Origin: Chitinophagales bacterium
Lineage (GTDB): Bacteria > Bacteroidota > Bacteroidia > Chitinophagales > JADIYW01
DNA length: 64,000 bases
Direction of reading: 5' to 3'
NCBI GenBank assembly: GCA_023957235.1
Contig: JAMLHI010000003.1
Coordinates: 279,371 to 343,370, forward strand
A program made the translations under genes and the position numbers. The notes beneath the pieces were generated by a model. That model did not search any database. It worked only from the letters and a program-made list of their open reading frames with translations, and was not told where the DNA came from. How positions within the stretch are numbered: position 1 is the stretch's first letter; every line of letters begins with the position of its first letter. This document shows positions 1-10,615 of this stretch, one piece after another.

Positions 1-2037
1 AGTGGTATGGAATATCCTACAATTAGTAATGTAGAAGGAGATATTCATCTTCTGTTAGAAGTTGTTCATGAAGTAACTCATAACTGGTGGTATGGTATTT
101 TGGCGAACAATGAAAGGAAAGAACCTTTTCTAGATGAGAGTGTCACTTCTTATTATGAGAGTCGAATTCTAAATGAAATATTTCCCAGTGAATATAAAAG
201 ATTTCAGTGGTTCAAAAATATTTCTAATTATATAGGTTTAAATAGAATGCCAGAAGATTTGTCTCGGAAAAACATGGTGCTATATCAGTACAGAAACAAC
301 TTACAACAAGCTACTAATTTAAACTCAGAGCAATATTCTCAATTGAATTATTTGGCGATGATTTATGTAAAAGGGTCAACAGATATTCAAAATTTAGAGG
401 AGTATATAGGAAAAGATTTGTTTGATAGTATAATGAAGTCTTTTTTTGACAAATACAAATTTCAACATATATCGCTGAATAGTTTAGCAGGTCATTTTAA
501 AAGTCATTCCTCTAAAGATGTGAGTTGGTTTTTTGATGAATTATTGACGAATCCTGTTTTGTATGATGTGTCTGTTAAGAAAATATTGATGGAGGAAGGA
601 AGAATCAATGTGGATTTATATAATAAAAGGGGAACTCCTGTTGCGGTAAATGTTGCACTTGTTAATAAAAATTTAGACATACTTCAATCTCAATATGTTT
701 TGTTTTCAGAGAAGAACGAATCTGTGATATTTGAAAAAGTGCCAAATGCTTATGCTGTTTTGATAGACCCCAAATGGATAACACCTGAGAAAAATCGCAA
801 GAATAATTTTGCGAAAATTTCGGGAATGAAGTCATGGAAACCTCTGCAAATTAGAGCATTAGGTGCATTGGAAGACCCTACAAAAAACCAGTTATTTTTT
901 ATTCCTACTCTAGCAGGTAATCAATATGATGGCTTTATGTTCGGAGCAGCACTATATAACAGCATTTTTCCAATTAAAAAATTTGCATTTGAATTGATTC
1001 CATTTTATGCTTTTAAGTCAAAGCAGTTCAATTGGATAGGAAATATGAATTACTTGATTACTCCTGTATCTCAAAAACCAGTTCAAATCGAAATAGGAGT
1101 ACATTCAAAATCTTTTTCTAAAAACAATCGTCCTATTGAGATGAGATATTTTAAACTCCAGCCTTATATTGAAGCATATTTCAGGCCATTGGACAATGAT
1201 TTGGGACCTCATCACCGAGTTGGGTATCGCAATGTTCAGATTTGGGATGAAAATTATTTGTCAAATAAAGATTCTATATCTGGTAAACTTGATTTTTATA
1301 AAACAAAAGGACATTATAATACCCATGAAATTTGGTATGATTTAAAATATTCTCATGCATTATTTCCAATGGAAATGAAGACTGTTTTGCGTTTTGATGA
1401 CAATTATATTCGCCATTCCCTAGCATATAAGCAAAAGTTCAGATATACTGAAAAGGGTGCTTTTGTTCATGTGCGTTTATTTGCTGGAGCTTTCTATTAT
1501 CATAATGAGAATGTGAGTTTTAGAAAAAATGCAGTCGTGGGTTTCAATATGAGTGGAATCAATGGTAGAAACGATTATTTATATGATGGGAACTATTTTG
1601 GAAGAAACTCACAGAGCGGATTAAGTAGTCAGCAATTGATGATGGGTGAAGGTAATTTTAAAGTTTTGACGGCTTTACAAAATCCTATGGAAGGAAAAAC
1701 TGTCAATACTTTATTGGCAGTCAATTTTAAGATTGATGCTCCAGTAAAATGGCTTCCTATTCAATTTTTTACAGACTTTGGTTACAGAGTAGATAAGGTT
1801 TTATCTCCAGATAATTTTCTCCCTTCAAAGGAGTTTTATTATGATTTAGGCTTTAATATTTCTTTGTTGAATGAAGGATTGGAGATTTATTTCCCTTTGT
1901 TAATGCCAAATAATTTCAAGTCTTATTATAAATCCAATTTGCCAAAATTTGGGCAACGCATCAGTTTTTCCTTAGATATAGGCAAGTTGAGACCCTCTCA
2001 AATGCTTAAAGACGGCATAATTCAAAAATACTTTTAA
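1..2037 (+). CDS. M1-family zinc metallopeptidase (aminopeptidase N-like), 5'-truncated by window edge
   Basis: The frame is open from base 1. GMEYPT (GxMEN-like) sits at the start, and there is an HEVTH-X18-E zinc motif (HEVTHNWWYGILANNERKEPFLDE). Confidence 0.8.
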   Translation, partial: SGMEYPTISNVEGDIHLLLEVVHEVTHNWWYGILANNERKEPFLDESVTSYYESRILNEIFPSEYKRFQWFKNISNYIGLNRMPEDLSRKNMVLYQYRNNLQQATNLNSEQYSQLNYLAMIYVKGSTDIQNLEEYIGKDLFDSIMKSFFDKYKFQHISLNSLAGHFKSHSSKDVSWFFDELLTNPVLYDVSVKKILMEEGRINVDLYNKRGTPVAVNVALVNKNLDILQSQYVLFSEKNESVIFEKVPNAYAVLIDPKWITPEKNRKNNFAKISGMKSWKPLQIRALGALEDPTKNQLFFIPTLAGNQYDGFMFGAALYNSIFPIKKFAFELIPFYAFKSKQFNWIGNMNYLITPVSQKPVQIEIGVHSKSFSKNNRPIEMRYFKLQPYIEAYFRPLDNDLGPHHRVGYRNVQIWDENYLSNKDSISGKLDFYKTKGHYNTHEIWYDLKYSHALFPMEMKTVLRFDDNYIRHSLAYKQKFRYTEKGAFVHVRLFAGAFYYHNENVSFRKNAVVGFNMSGINGRNDYLYDGNYFGRNSQSGLSSQQLMMGEGNFKVLTALQNPMEGKTVNTLLAVNFKIDAPVKWLPIQFFTDFGYRVDKVLSPDNFLPSKEFYYDLGFNISLLNEGLEIYFPLLMPNNFKSYYKSNLPKFGQRISFSLDIGKLRPSQMLKDGIIQKYF

Positions 2038-2139
2038 GAACTTTATTGGTTTGGAGTTTTTTCAATGTTATCTTGAATATTTCTTAAATTCAAGAAAGTG
2101 TATTACAATTAATGGTATAGGATTCAGTATTTTTACTCA

Positions 2140-2868
2140 GTGGAAATTCCTTGGCTAATCATTATAATTGTATTTCTTGCGAGTACTATTTTTGCCACTT
2201 TTGGTTTTGGTGATGCATTGTTAGCACTCCCATTTTTAGCGATGACTATTGGCCTTCAAAAAGCTACTCCTTTATTAGCAATATCTGGTTTTACATTGGC
2301 CATCTGTTTGATGGGTTCGGGTTATAAATATGTTCGTTGGAAAGAAGCATTGAAACTTGTTTTGGGTTCATTATGCGGAGTTCCTATAGGGGTGTGGTTG
2401 CTTAAGCATGCTGACAAGGAAATGATGCAGGTAATAGTTGGGTTAGTGATATCTTTTATAGCCCTATATAATATTTTCAAACCGTCATTAGTGAAAATAG
2501 AAAAGGATAGTAGTGCTCCGATATTTGGCTTTATTGGAGGAGTATTAGGTGGTGCTTTTAATACAAGTGCTCCTCCTGTAGTGATGTATGGTTCTATGAG
2601 AGGATGGTCGCCACAGATGTTTGTAGGGATGATGCAAGCATTCTTTTTGCCTACAGATATATTCGTCATTTCAGGGCATATTGGTAGCGGATTATTGGAT
2701 AAGGTAGTGTTACAATATTATTTATGGTGTCTTCCTTTTTTGTTGCTAGCAGTTTATTTAGGGCACCGTTTGAAGAAGAAAATTCCTATTGGGCAGTTTC
2801 AAAATGGTGTTTTTGTATTGATATTTATATCGGGAATTTTACTTGTTGTCAAAAGTTTATTGGGGTAG
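2140..2868 (+). CDS. TauE/SafE (TSUP) family membrane permease
   Basis: 242-aa polytopic hydrophobic ORF with a glycine-rich FGFGDALLALPFL N-terminus and a repeated 4+4 TM layout, as recalled for the family. Apparent GTG start. Confidence 0.6.
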   Translation: MEIPWLIIIIVFLASTIFATFGFGDALLALPFLAMTIGLQKATPLLAISGFTLAICLMGSGYKYVRWKEALKLVLGSLCGVPIGVWLLKHADKEMMQVIVGLVISFIALYNIFKPSLVKIEKDSSAPIFGFIGGVLGGAFNTSAPPVVMYGSMRGWSPQMFVGMMQAFFLPTDIFVISGHIGSGLLDKVVLQYYLWCLPFLLLAVYLGHRLKKKIPIGQFQNGVFVLIFISGILLVVKSLLG

Positions 2869-3302
2869 GAGGCGGGTTGCTTTTTACGGTTTCGTCTTTG
2901 TTTTGTACTTTGATAAGATAGCAATATCAGAATTAGTCATAATAGAATGACTGGCAAAATATTTTTTATTTCCTTTTTTTGAGTGTGTTTTAAGTGATTT
3001 TATTCATAGAGTTTTGGGGATATTGGAAAGCGTCTTCTATGGCTTAGCCAATTAATTATAGAATTTAACTGATTATAATTTTACTTTAATAAAAAAATAT
3101 AAAAAACTGATTATCAATTTTATAAAATACTTTAACTACAATCATAGTTTAATAAATTATTGGATGCTCTACTGTCTTTGTTGACATTCAATGATAGCAT
3201 TAGATATTGATGGATGATAGTAGGAATGTTTGTGTGCTATTTTTCTTTTATGATTGAATATGATATTTTTGTTTGGAAGGGAAATATGAAGTTCTCAGTT
3301 TT

Positions 3303-4079
3303 ATGAACAATGAGATGGTTTTGGATAAGTTATCAGATTTTTGCAAGCACGGTTTAGACTTTTTTTTCGGAGAGAATTTTCCTGATACCATTTTGATATT
3401 TTGGTTATTTCCTTTGATGCTATTTATCGTATTTATGGTATTGAAAATAGATTTATTTTTTCAGAAGGAATATGATTGGAAAGTAGCTTACACACGAAAG
3501 TTTTTTCATTTTTCTATTTTTGGACTTGCAGGTTTGTTACAATACTTATGGGGTATAAGTGCTGTTTTTATTTTAGGTTGGTCTGTTTCTGTTTGGATGA
3601 TTTATCTTCTTTTGAAAGGATCGAGTACGGCATTTTATTCTTTATTGGCTAGACCCAACGATATTCCTCATCCATCAAGATATATTGTCTATCCTTATAT
3701 TGCTACATTTTTGGGTGGTGTGGTGAATAATATATTTTTTCCTTCACTTGGGGCAATAGCTGGATATTTGGTGGCTGGTTTTGGGGATGCTGTTGGAGAG
3801 CCTGTTGGGAGCAAATTTGGACGACATAAGTATCCTGTCTTTAACTGGGGCAGTTCAGTAAAGAGTTATAGGAGTATTGAAGGTTCTATGGCAGTTATGA
3901 CTGTGAGCATGATAGCTTTTACATGTACATTGTATGCCTTTGGATATCCTTTGGATCTTTTTAAAATAACAATAGCTGCTTTATTGGCAGCTATCGTTGA
4001 AGGTATTTCTCCTCATGGGTGGGATAATTTTACATCTCAGATTACAGGAGCTATTTTGATGAGCTATTTTTTGATTTGA
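3303..4079 (+). CDS. Polytopic membrane protein of the CTP-dependent polyprenol/phytol kinase / cytidylyltransferase superfamily
   Basis: GFGDAVGEPVGSKFGRHKY motif (GDAxAxxxGxxxGxxK-like) plus multiple TM segments. The ATG at 3303 is preferred over the TTG at 3273. Confidence 0.5.
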   Translation: MNNEMVLDKLSDFCKHGLDFFFGENFPDTILIFWLFPLMLFIVFMVLKIDLFFQKEYDWKVAYTRKFFHFSIFGLAGLLQYLWGISAVFILGWSVSVWMIYLLLKGSSTAFYSLLARPNDIPHPSRYIVYPYIATFLGGVVNNIFFPSLGAIAGYLVAGFGDAVGEPVGSKFGRHKYPVFNWGSSVKSYRSIEGSMAVMTVSMIAFTCTLYAFGYPLDLFKITIAALLAAIVEGISPHGWDNFTSQITGAILMSYFLI

Positions 4080-5499
4080 TTTCTTTTTTATGAAAATCAT
4101 CATAAACAGATATCACATACGGTATATCTTGAACAGCTATTTTTTTTGCAAAAATTCTCCTCTCTTTATCCAAGATAATGATTACTGGTGTAGAATTAAT
4201 ATCATATAGTTTTCTGAAATTTGATTCGCCAGTGGGGTCATAGACATTGGTCCAGACATCGTTTAGATGATTATTGTCAACAAATTGCTGTGCATGTTCT
4301 CTTTCAATTTCTGTGGAAACACTGAAAACTCCTACATTATATTGCTTTTGTAGGCTGTCTTTCCATATCTCCATGATTTCAGGTATTTCTTTTTTACAAT
4401 GACTACATTCTGAGTTCCAAAATACCAAAATGGTATAATCATTATTTTGGATGGATTGAGAAAAATGAACAGGTCGGTTGTTGAGGTCATAAACGCTGAT
4501 ATCAGGAGCAATTTTGCCTATCAATGTAGGTCTAAGTGCTTCGGCTCTTTCTTTCATTTTGTCGATAGTTGACTGGTCAACCCATGGGGTTTTGCCTGCG
4601 AGATAATATTTATCCAAAAGGTGGACATATATAGATTCCTGACCCATGATATTGCTTTTTGCGTATTTGTTGACAATCTCTGATGACAGAATTTTAAAGG
4701 TCTCTTGATTGACTTCTGATTTTTCAAGAATGATATCTATGGCATGCGAAATTGAATCTGGATGTTGGTAAATCTGATCCAAAAATGTCATTATCCTAGG
4801 AATAATGACAGGAGATTTAATGAGTGCTACATCATTGAAATCAATATTGTCCCAATAATGATGAATTAAATAATTGTATCCTGAATTATTTTCTAATTGC
4901 TGATTTTTATTTGATTCTGGAAGGGGAACATCTCTAAGCGCACTCAAGACTTTGTTATATAGAGCTTTAGGGTTTTTGTTGATGGTTTCAATTCTTTTGT
5001 CAGTATATTCTTGATTGGTCTTCTTCTTTTGTTCTTCAGCTTTTTCTCTTATGTCTTTACTAGTATTTGTATCGGAAATAATTGAGTTCAAGCTATCCAT
5101 TACAATGGAAGTTTGTATGGCTTTTTTCAAATCTTCATACATAATCTGATTTTCCAATGAATTTTTGACAACCATATTGATTGCTAAATTATTAGTGTCA
5201 GTTGATAATTGAAATTTTGTTTCTCTAATAATAAATTCAAATGAATTGAGATTTAATGTAGGGAATGCTACCAAATAAATACCATCATTATAATTTTTTT
5301 CACCTTTGATTTCAGTGATACCGTTATTATTAAAGTGTAGTGTGTCAGCAATAAATTTTTGAGCACCGTAATTATAGGCTAGAATACCAATTTGGTTCTC
5401 CATTCCTTTGACTTTAATTTGAATATCAAAAACCCTTCCTTGAGCTGAATTGTATTGCATGGAGGCCGCTGTCAATAGGATAAAAAGTAATCGTTTCAT
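4051..5499 (-). CDS. Secreted TlpA/AhpC-like thioredoxin-fold thiol:disulfide oxidoreductase with long N-terminal domain
   Basis: Signal peptide MKRLLFILLTAASMQYNSAQG. C-terminal thioredoxin fold with a CxxC motif (VFWNSECSHCKKEIPE). The 3' end overlaps the convergent ORF by 29 nt. Confidence 0.75.
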   Translation of the reverse strand: MKRLLFILLTAASMQYNSAQGRVFDIQIKVKGMENQIGILAYNYGAQKFIADTLHFNNNGITEIKGEKNYNDGIYLVAFPTLNLNSFEFIIRETKFQLSTDTNNLAINMVVKNSLENQIMYEDLKKAIQTSIVMDSLNSIISDTNTSKDIREKAEEQKKKTNQEYTDKRIETINKNPKALYNKVLSALRDVPLPESNKNQQLENNSGYNYLIHHYWDNIDFNDVALIKSPVIIPRIMTFLDQIYQHPDSISHAIDIILEKSEVNQETFKILSSEIVNKYAKSNIMGQESIYVHLLDKYYLAGKTPWVDQSTIDKMKERAEALRPTLIGKIAPDISVYDLNNRPVHFSQSIQNNDYTILVFWNSECSHCKKEIPEIMEIWKDSLQKQYNVGVFSVSTEIEREHAQQFVDNNHLNDVWTNVYDPTGESNFRKLYDINSTPVIIILDKERRIFAKKIAVQDIPYVISVYDDFHKKEIKSKNSSSK

Positions 5500-5558
5500 T
5501 TTCTTTACTTACAAATTTTTAAAATTTTATTTTAGACTGAATCAAAAATTAAACCAAA

Positions 5559-6146
5559 TCACAGGTTTAATTTTGAATAAATGTCAATTTTTGAAAATTC
5601 AAAAATATCTCCTGGTTTTAAATGGTTTAACATCAGATTTTCTATCTGCACTCTTACAAGTCTCAATGTTGGAAATCCTGCCTTTGCGGTCATTTTACGG
5701 ATTTGTCGGTTTTTGCCTTCAGTAAGTGTGATGCTCAGCCAAGTGTCTGGAATATTTTTTCGCTCTCTTATAGGAGGGTTTCTAGGGGGAAGTGATGGGC
5801 AAGGAATGATAAAGGCTTTAGCAGGCAATGTTTGATATTTTTTTTTATTGGGAAGTGTAATGTTGACTCCTTGTTGTAATTGCTGTAATGCTAGAGAGTC
5901 TGGTATTCCCTCTACTTGTACATAATAAGTTCTTGGATGTTGATATTGAGGGTTTGTCATACGATGCTGAAGATGATGATCGTTGGTTAAAATCAACAAT
6001 CCTTCGCTATCTTTGTCTAATCGTCCCACTGGATAGATGTCTTTTGGGAAGGAATAGTTTAACTGAGAAAGATTGTATTCCTCACCAGAAAATTGAGATA
6101 ACATTCCAAATGGCTTATAAATGACAAAGTATTGATGCTGAGACAT
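5559..6146 (-). CDS. rluE: 23S rRNA pseudouridine synthase, RluE-like (RsuA family without S4 domain)
   Basis: GRLDKDSEGLLILTND catalytic Asp motif. YYVQVEGIP, PRNPPIRERKNIP and NRQIRKMTAKAGFPTLRLVR are collinear with E. coli RluE as recalled. Confidence 0.85.
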   Translation of the reverse strand: MSQHQYFVIYKPFGMLSQFSGEEYNLSQLNYSFPKDIYPVGRLDKDSEGLLILTNDHHLQHRMTNPQYQHPRTYYVQVEGIPDSLALQQLQQGVNITLPNKKKYQTLPAKAFIIPCPSLPPRNPPIRERKNIPDTWLSITLTEGKNRQIRKMTAKAGFPTLRLVRVQIENLMLNHLKPGDIFEFSKIDIYSKLNL

Positions 6147-6249
6147 ATTCTTAAAATAGCAATAATAAATAAACTAATGATGGAATATTAAAAATAGAAT
6201 ATCAATTTTAGATAGAGATGCCAATAGTTATATAATCTTCAAATTTTCA

Positions 6250-6279
6250 AAATAAAAAAGGCACACTTAAAGTATGCCT
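6250..6279 (-). terminator. Weak rho-independent terminator candidate after the 6303-7118 gene
   Basis: On the minus strand, AGGCA-11 nt-TGCCT is followed by TTTTTTATTTT. The stem is only 5 bp. Confidence 0.3.
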
Positions 6280-6302
6280 CAATATCTATTTAGAATTAAT
6301 AA

Positions 6303-7118
6303 TTAAAACTGAAAATCTTCACTAGTAAATTTAACGTCAGTTTTTAGATTTTTAAACTCATATACTTCATAAATCCCTTCGTTGTCTTCCATTTTTTGAT
6401 AGATTGGTAAATAAGTTGATTTGTCTATATAAACAGTAGTTTTCTTAGCATAAGAAGAGGGTACTTTTATCACTTGGCCAACAGTCAAATTGTTATCAAT
6501 ATCATTAATTTGTTGAATTTTATATTCTGGTAAAGATAATTTGTAACCTAGTTTCCATACTGTGGTTTCATCTGCTTTTACAGTGTGATTAATGATTTTA
6601 TATTCATCATCAAGGATTTCAATTGCCCAACAAGATTTCCCGTCATAAGTAACAGAGCCTTTTATTTTAACAAAGTCTGCAAGTTCTGGAGAGTTGACAG
6701 TAAGACCTCTAGATTTTATGCTTTGTTCGATAATCCTCTTGAAAGTTCCGAAACCTGCTTGGTTGATTGGATGGTGTTGATCCTTCATCAACATTCCACT
6801 ATGTAAATCTAATTTGAGGGTAAGTCCCTTTTTAACCTGAACTTTTGGAGTTACTGCTGGAATGTATAATAATTTTGCAGCGGTAGGTTTTTTGGCATCT
6901 GCATATATTTTCAGTGGAGATGCTTGGTATTTAAAAATAACTTCTGAATTGACTTTTTTAGTTCCAGCAAATCTTTCATAAGCATAGAAATCATAAGTTA
7001 AACTTTTTGCATCGGCACAAGCCTCTAATACCTTTTTTGTAACTTCATTGACATTTTGAGCTTTGAGAACTCCGGCAACTCCGGCAGAAAGAACAAGACC
7101 AAGAAATAATTTTTTCAT
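6303..7118 (-). CDS. Secreted hypothetical protein
   Basis: The internal start MKKLFLGLVLSAGVAGVLKAQ looks like a signal peptide. No catalytic motif was recognised. Confidence 0.5.
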   Translation of the reverse strand: MKKLFLGLVLSAGVAGVLKAQNVNEVTKKVLEACADAKSLTYDFYAYERFAGTKKVNSEVIFKYQASPLKIYADAKKPTAAKLLYIPAVTPKVQVKKGLTLKLDLHSGMLMKDQHHPINQAGFGTFKRIIEQSIKSRGLTVNSPELADFVKIKGSVTYDGKSCWAIEILDDEYKIINHTVKADETTVWKLGYKLSLPEYKIQQINDIDNNLTVGQVIKVPSSYAKKTTVYIDKSTYLPIYQKMEDNEGIYEVYEFKNLKTDVKFTSEDFQF

Positions 7119-7269
7119 ATTTTTTTGAATTATTGATTTGAATGGTGAAGATAAAAATTCTATGTCATTCTTTAACCATAAACTGTGCCAAATGAGCAAT
7201 TAATGTTTGAAAATTGAAATTGATTTCTTCCTTATAGTGTTTTTCATTCTTCCAAGCATTTGAAGTTCT

Positions 7270-7277
7270 TATATTTG
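7270..7277 (+). promoter_or_regulatory. Bacteroidota -7 box candidate (TAnnTTTG) upstream of PKS gene
   Basis: TATATTTG lies 20 nt upstream of the ATG at 7297. The motif is short and chance matches are likely in AT-rich DNA. Confidence 0.35.
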
Positions 7278-7296
7278 TATTCATCAAAAATAGAGA

Positions 7297-10200
7297 ATGT
7301 CCGAACAACTTACTCAAATGCAAGAGATATTAAAAAAGTCTCTGATAAAAATTAAGAGGTTAGAAGCTGAGTTACAAGATTCTAAATCTCAGGCACAAAA
7401 TGTGAAGCCTACTAAAGAGCCAATTGCTATTGTTGGTTTGGGTTGTAGGTTTCCTGGTGGGATTGAAAATTTAGATTCATTATGGACGGCTTTGATTGAG
7501 AAAAAAGACTTATCAAAACCCATTCCCTTAGACCGTTGGGACAATGATGCTATCTACGATATAGATCCCTTGAGACCAGGACATACAAATGCTCGCTCAG
7601 CTGCATTTTTGACAAGTGATATTAGAGCATTTGATGCAGGCTTTTTTGGAATCATTCCGAGAGAAGCCAAATCTTTAGATCCTTTGCAAAGGATGATATT
7701 GGAAGTGGTTTATGAGGCATTAGAAGAAGCAAATATTCCTTCAGCATCTTTGAAAGGAACTACAACTGCAGTGTATATTGCTATTGGAAATAGTGATTAT
7801 ATACAAGCTAGATTGCGTTCGGGTCAATTGGAAACCGTTGATGTCTATGATGCGACAGGTATTCCATTTGCTACTGCTGCTGGACGAGTTTCCTATTTGT
7901 ATGATTTACAAGGACCCAATTTTGCTTTAGATGCAGCATGTGCTTCTTCAATTGTAGGTATGCACTTGGCAAGTCAGGCATTGAATAATGATGAAGCAGA
8001 TACTGCAATAGTTGCTTCTGCCAATCTACTGCTGACTCCTGAATTATTTGTAGGGCTTTCAAAATTAGGATCATTGTCTGGTTCGGGACAGTGCCGTGCT
8101 TTTTCAAATGATGCAGATGGATATGTCAGAGGTGAAGGTTGTGGGGTAGTGATATTAAGGAAAAAAAGTTTTGCACTTCAAAATAAGAATCATATCCATG
8201 CATATATTTTAGGGTCAGCAGTCAAACATGATGGTTTGAGTAATGGATTTACTGCTCCAAACCCACAAGTTCAATTGGATACTATACGATTGGCAATCAA
8301 AGATGCTAGAGTTCAAGCAAAGGATGTTGTGTTTGTGGAAGCCCATGGTATAGGGAATAAATTGACAGACGCAATGGAAATTCAGGCAATTGCCAATGGG
8401 TATAAAGATACGAATCACAAAATCTATGTAGGTTCTTTAAAGCCTAATATCGGGCATTTAGAAGCGACCATAGGTATGGCTATGCTTTTTAAAGTGATTG
8501 GTACATTGAAGAATAAGCAAATAGCTCCTAATATTTATTTTAATATACCCAATGAAGATATTCCATGGCCAAGGATTCCGATTGAAGTGCCTAGTGAAGT
8601 GGTGGATATAAATAATGGGAATTCACCTATTAGAGCGGCTATCAATCTTTCAGGATATAGTGGGACAAATGTTCACATGATATTTGAATCTGCTGAAAAT
8701 GAACTTGTTGAAAAGAAGAGCAGCAAAACCAAACAACTTTTGATCTGGAGTGCTAAATGTGAGCAGTCATTAAAGGATTTAGTGAAAAAATATTTGGATA
8801 ATTGGCATAATATTTCTCAAAATAATTTTTCAGATTTTGCTTATACATTGCAAGTCGGTCGAAATCATTTTGATAATAAATTAAGCATTATTGCTTCTAA
8901 TTTTGAGGAAGTCAAAAATGAATTACAATTATTTGTCAGTGATGTGAAGAGCACATCCTATCAATTTACTCGAGAAAGCACGAGTTCCAAAGAACTTGCT
9001 TTTTTATTTACTGGTCAAGGGGCTCAATATTTTGGAATGTGTAAAGATATTTATGACACTGAGTCTGTATTTAAGACTTCTATAGATCAATGCGCGGAAA
9101 TATTAGATAAGATTTTGCCTATTCCAATTAGAGAGATTATATGGGGCAATGCAGACGAAAATTTGATACATCAAACTTTCTACACTCAACCGGCTTTATT
9201 TGTTGTAGAATATGCTTTGGCGCGATTGTGGTTGAGTAGAGGAGTTCGTCCTACTGCCTTGCTCGGACACAGTATAGGAGAATTTGTGGCATTAACTATT
9301 GCGGAAGCTATTTCACTTCAAGATGCTTTAAGATTAGTGTCCATTCGAGGATATTTGATGCAGTCGCTTCCAAGTGGTGAGGGAGCAATGGCTGCTGTCA
9401 TTGCTGATGAAGATACGGTGAGGCATTATACTCAGCAGTCAAATGGCTTAGTAGATATTGCTGCAGTCAATGCACCAAAGGCAATTACTATTTCAGGAGA
9501 AAAGAATGCAGTTGCTCAACTTGTAGAAGCTATGAAAGAAGTCAAGATAAAATCTATTGCTTTAAGTGTTTCTCACGCTTTCCATTCTTATCAGATGAAC
9601 CCTATTCTAGAGAAATTTGAAGAAGAAGTAGCTAAAATTAAATTCAAACCGATTCAAATACCTGTCATTTCTAATGTTACAGGCAAAGAATTGAATTTTG
9701 AAGAATTGACACCTCAATATTTCTCCAAGCAACTTAGAGGTACTGTACAGTTTGTTGAAGATGTCAAATATCTAAATGAAGAATTAAATATCCATCAATT
9801 TATAGAATGCGGTCCAGCCCCTACATTGATTGGTCTAGCGGGAAAAATTATCTCTTCAGAGGAGAGTACTTGGATAGCTTCAGCTAAAAAAGAGAGTCCT
9901 TATTTAGATGTAAAAGTTTTGAGCCTTCAAAAAATATTTCATTCAAATTTAAAAATTGATTGGAATAATCTTTCAGACGAACAGAATAAGCATAAAATAC
10001 AATTGCCTACTTATGCATGGCAACGTCAAGTGTATTGGGAAAATCCAGTAAGAAATCTACACCAAACTCAATTAGACCAAAAGCAAGATACATCAGATGA
10101 AAAATTTGCAAAAGTAGAAAGTGAACTTGTTAAAGCTGAAGCTAAGCATGTCAAAGTGACCAAAGAAAATTTGATGGCTATCATGCAACTAGAGGCAACT

Positions 10201-10569
10201 GAAACATTGGGGCTTCTACCTGGCCAAAAAATTGATCCAAATAAATCTTTGAGAGAACAAGGTTTTGATTCAATGATGAGTGGGGAGTATTTGACTAAGT
10301 TGGAAAAACATTTTGATACTCAATTAGAAATGTCATTGCTACATACTTATGGCACATTAAATGAACTTCAAAGATTTTTAGTAGATGAATTTCTAGGAGG
10401 AGGTGAAATAGATGAATCTAATTCGGCAGTCACAATGAATGATATTGTTTTTGGAGTAGATACAGTAGCAAGTATTTCAGTTGATAATTGGCATGAAATT
10501 AAAGAATCAGATCCTCAATGGTTGAAAATTTTTAAGAAAGTAGATAAAATGATTAGTACTCCGAAATAA
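7297..10569 (+). CDS. Stand-alone type I polyketide synthase module KS-AT-ACP
   Basis: - KS: PIAIVGLGCRFPGG, DAACASS (Cys215), EAHGIGNKLTD and NIGHLEATIG.
- AT: GHSIGE (Ser659) and a SHAFHS (HAFH, malonyl-type) motif.
- ACP: GFDSMMSG (Ser992).
- N-terminal coiled-coil-like 40 aa. No KR, DH, ER or TE domain. Confidence 0.9.
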   Translation: MSEQLTQMQEILKKSLIKIKRLEAELQDSKSQAQNVKPTKEPIAIVGLGCRFPGGIENLDSLWTALIEKKDLSKPIPLDRWDNDAIYDIDPLRPGHTNARSAAFLTSDIRAFDAGFFGIIPREAKSLDPLQRMILEVVYEALEEANIPSASLKGTTTAVYIAIGNSDYIQARLRSGQLETVDVYDATGIPFATAAGRVSYLYDLQGPNFALDAACASSIVGMHLASQALNNDEADTAIVASANLLLTPELFVGLSKLGSLSGSGQCRAFSNDADGYVRGEGCGVVILRKKSFALQNKNHIHAYILGSAVKHDGLSNGFTAPNPQVQLDTIRLAIKDARVQAKDVVFVEAHGIGNKLTDAMEIQAIANGYKDTNHKIYVGSLKPNIGHLEATIGMAMLFKVIGTLKNKQIAPNIYFNIPNEDIPWPRIPIEVPSEVVDINNGNSPIRAAINLSGYSGTNVHMIFESAENELVEKKSSKTKQLLIWSAKCEQSLKDLVKKYLDNWHNISQNNFSDFAYTLQVGRNHFDNKLSIIASNFEEVKNELQLFVSDVKSTSYQFTRESTSSKELAFLFTGQGAQYFGMCKDIYDTESVFKTSIDQCAEILDKILPIPIREIIWGNADENLIHQTFYTQPALFVVEYALARLWLSRGVRPTALLGHSIGEFVALTIAEAISLQDALRLVSIRGYLMQSLPSGEGAMAAVIADEDTVRHYTQQSNGLVDIAAVNAPKAITISGEKNAVAQLVEAMKEVKIKSIALSVSHAFHSYQMNPILEKFEEEVAKIKFKPIQIPVISNVTGKELNFEELTPQYFSKQLRGTVQFVEDVKYLNEELNIHQFIECGPAPTLIGLAGKIISSEESTWIASAKKESPYLDVKVLSLQKIFHSNLKIDWNNLSDEQNKHKIQLPTYAWQRQVYWENPVRNLHQTQLDQKQDTSDEKFAKVESELVKAEAKHVKVTKENLMAIMQLEATETLGLLPGQKIDPNKSLREQGFDSMMSGEYLTKLEKHFDTQLEMSLLHTYGTLNELQRFLVDEFLGGGEIDESNSAVTMNDIVFGVDTVASISVDNWHEIKESDPQWLKIFKKVDKMISTPK

Positions 10570-10615
10570 GATTTTTTAGATAGGAGAGATTTGACTGATT
10601 TTTTATCATGCTATT

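Noticed and set aside
2322-2669. Antisense or shadow ORFs inside longer genes. Examples: 2322-2669, 5450-6124 (three ORFs), 6585-6806, 7871-8418, 11944-12267, 12863-13078, 13312-13765, 14415-14865, 15987-16196, 21051-21290, 22435-23237, 25368-26075, 27199-27606, 28980-29204, 32456-32644, 33923-34144, 36699-36929, 39463-39702, 39877-40143, 40661-40864, 41041-41292, 48682-48933, 50375-50578, 52032-52247, 55967-56158, 57139-57342, 58693-58890, 59406-59597, 59934-60131 and 62967-63173.
   Set aside because: Each lies within, or overlaps out of frame with, a much longer ORF that has clear family motifs. Their translations are low-complexity and carry no motifs.
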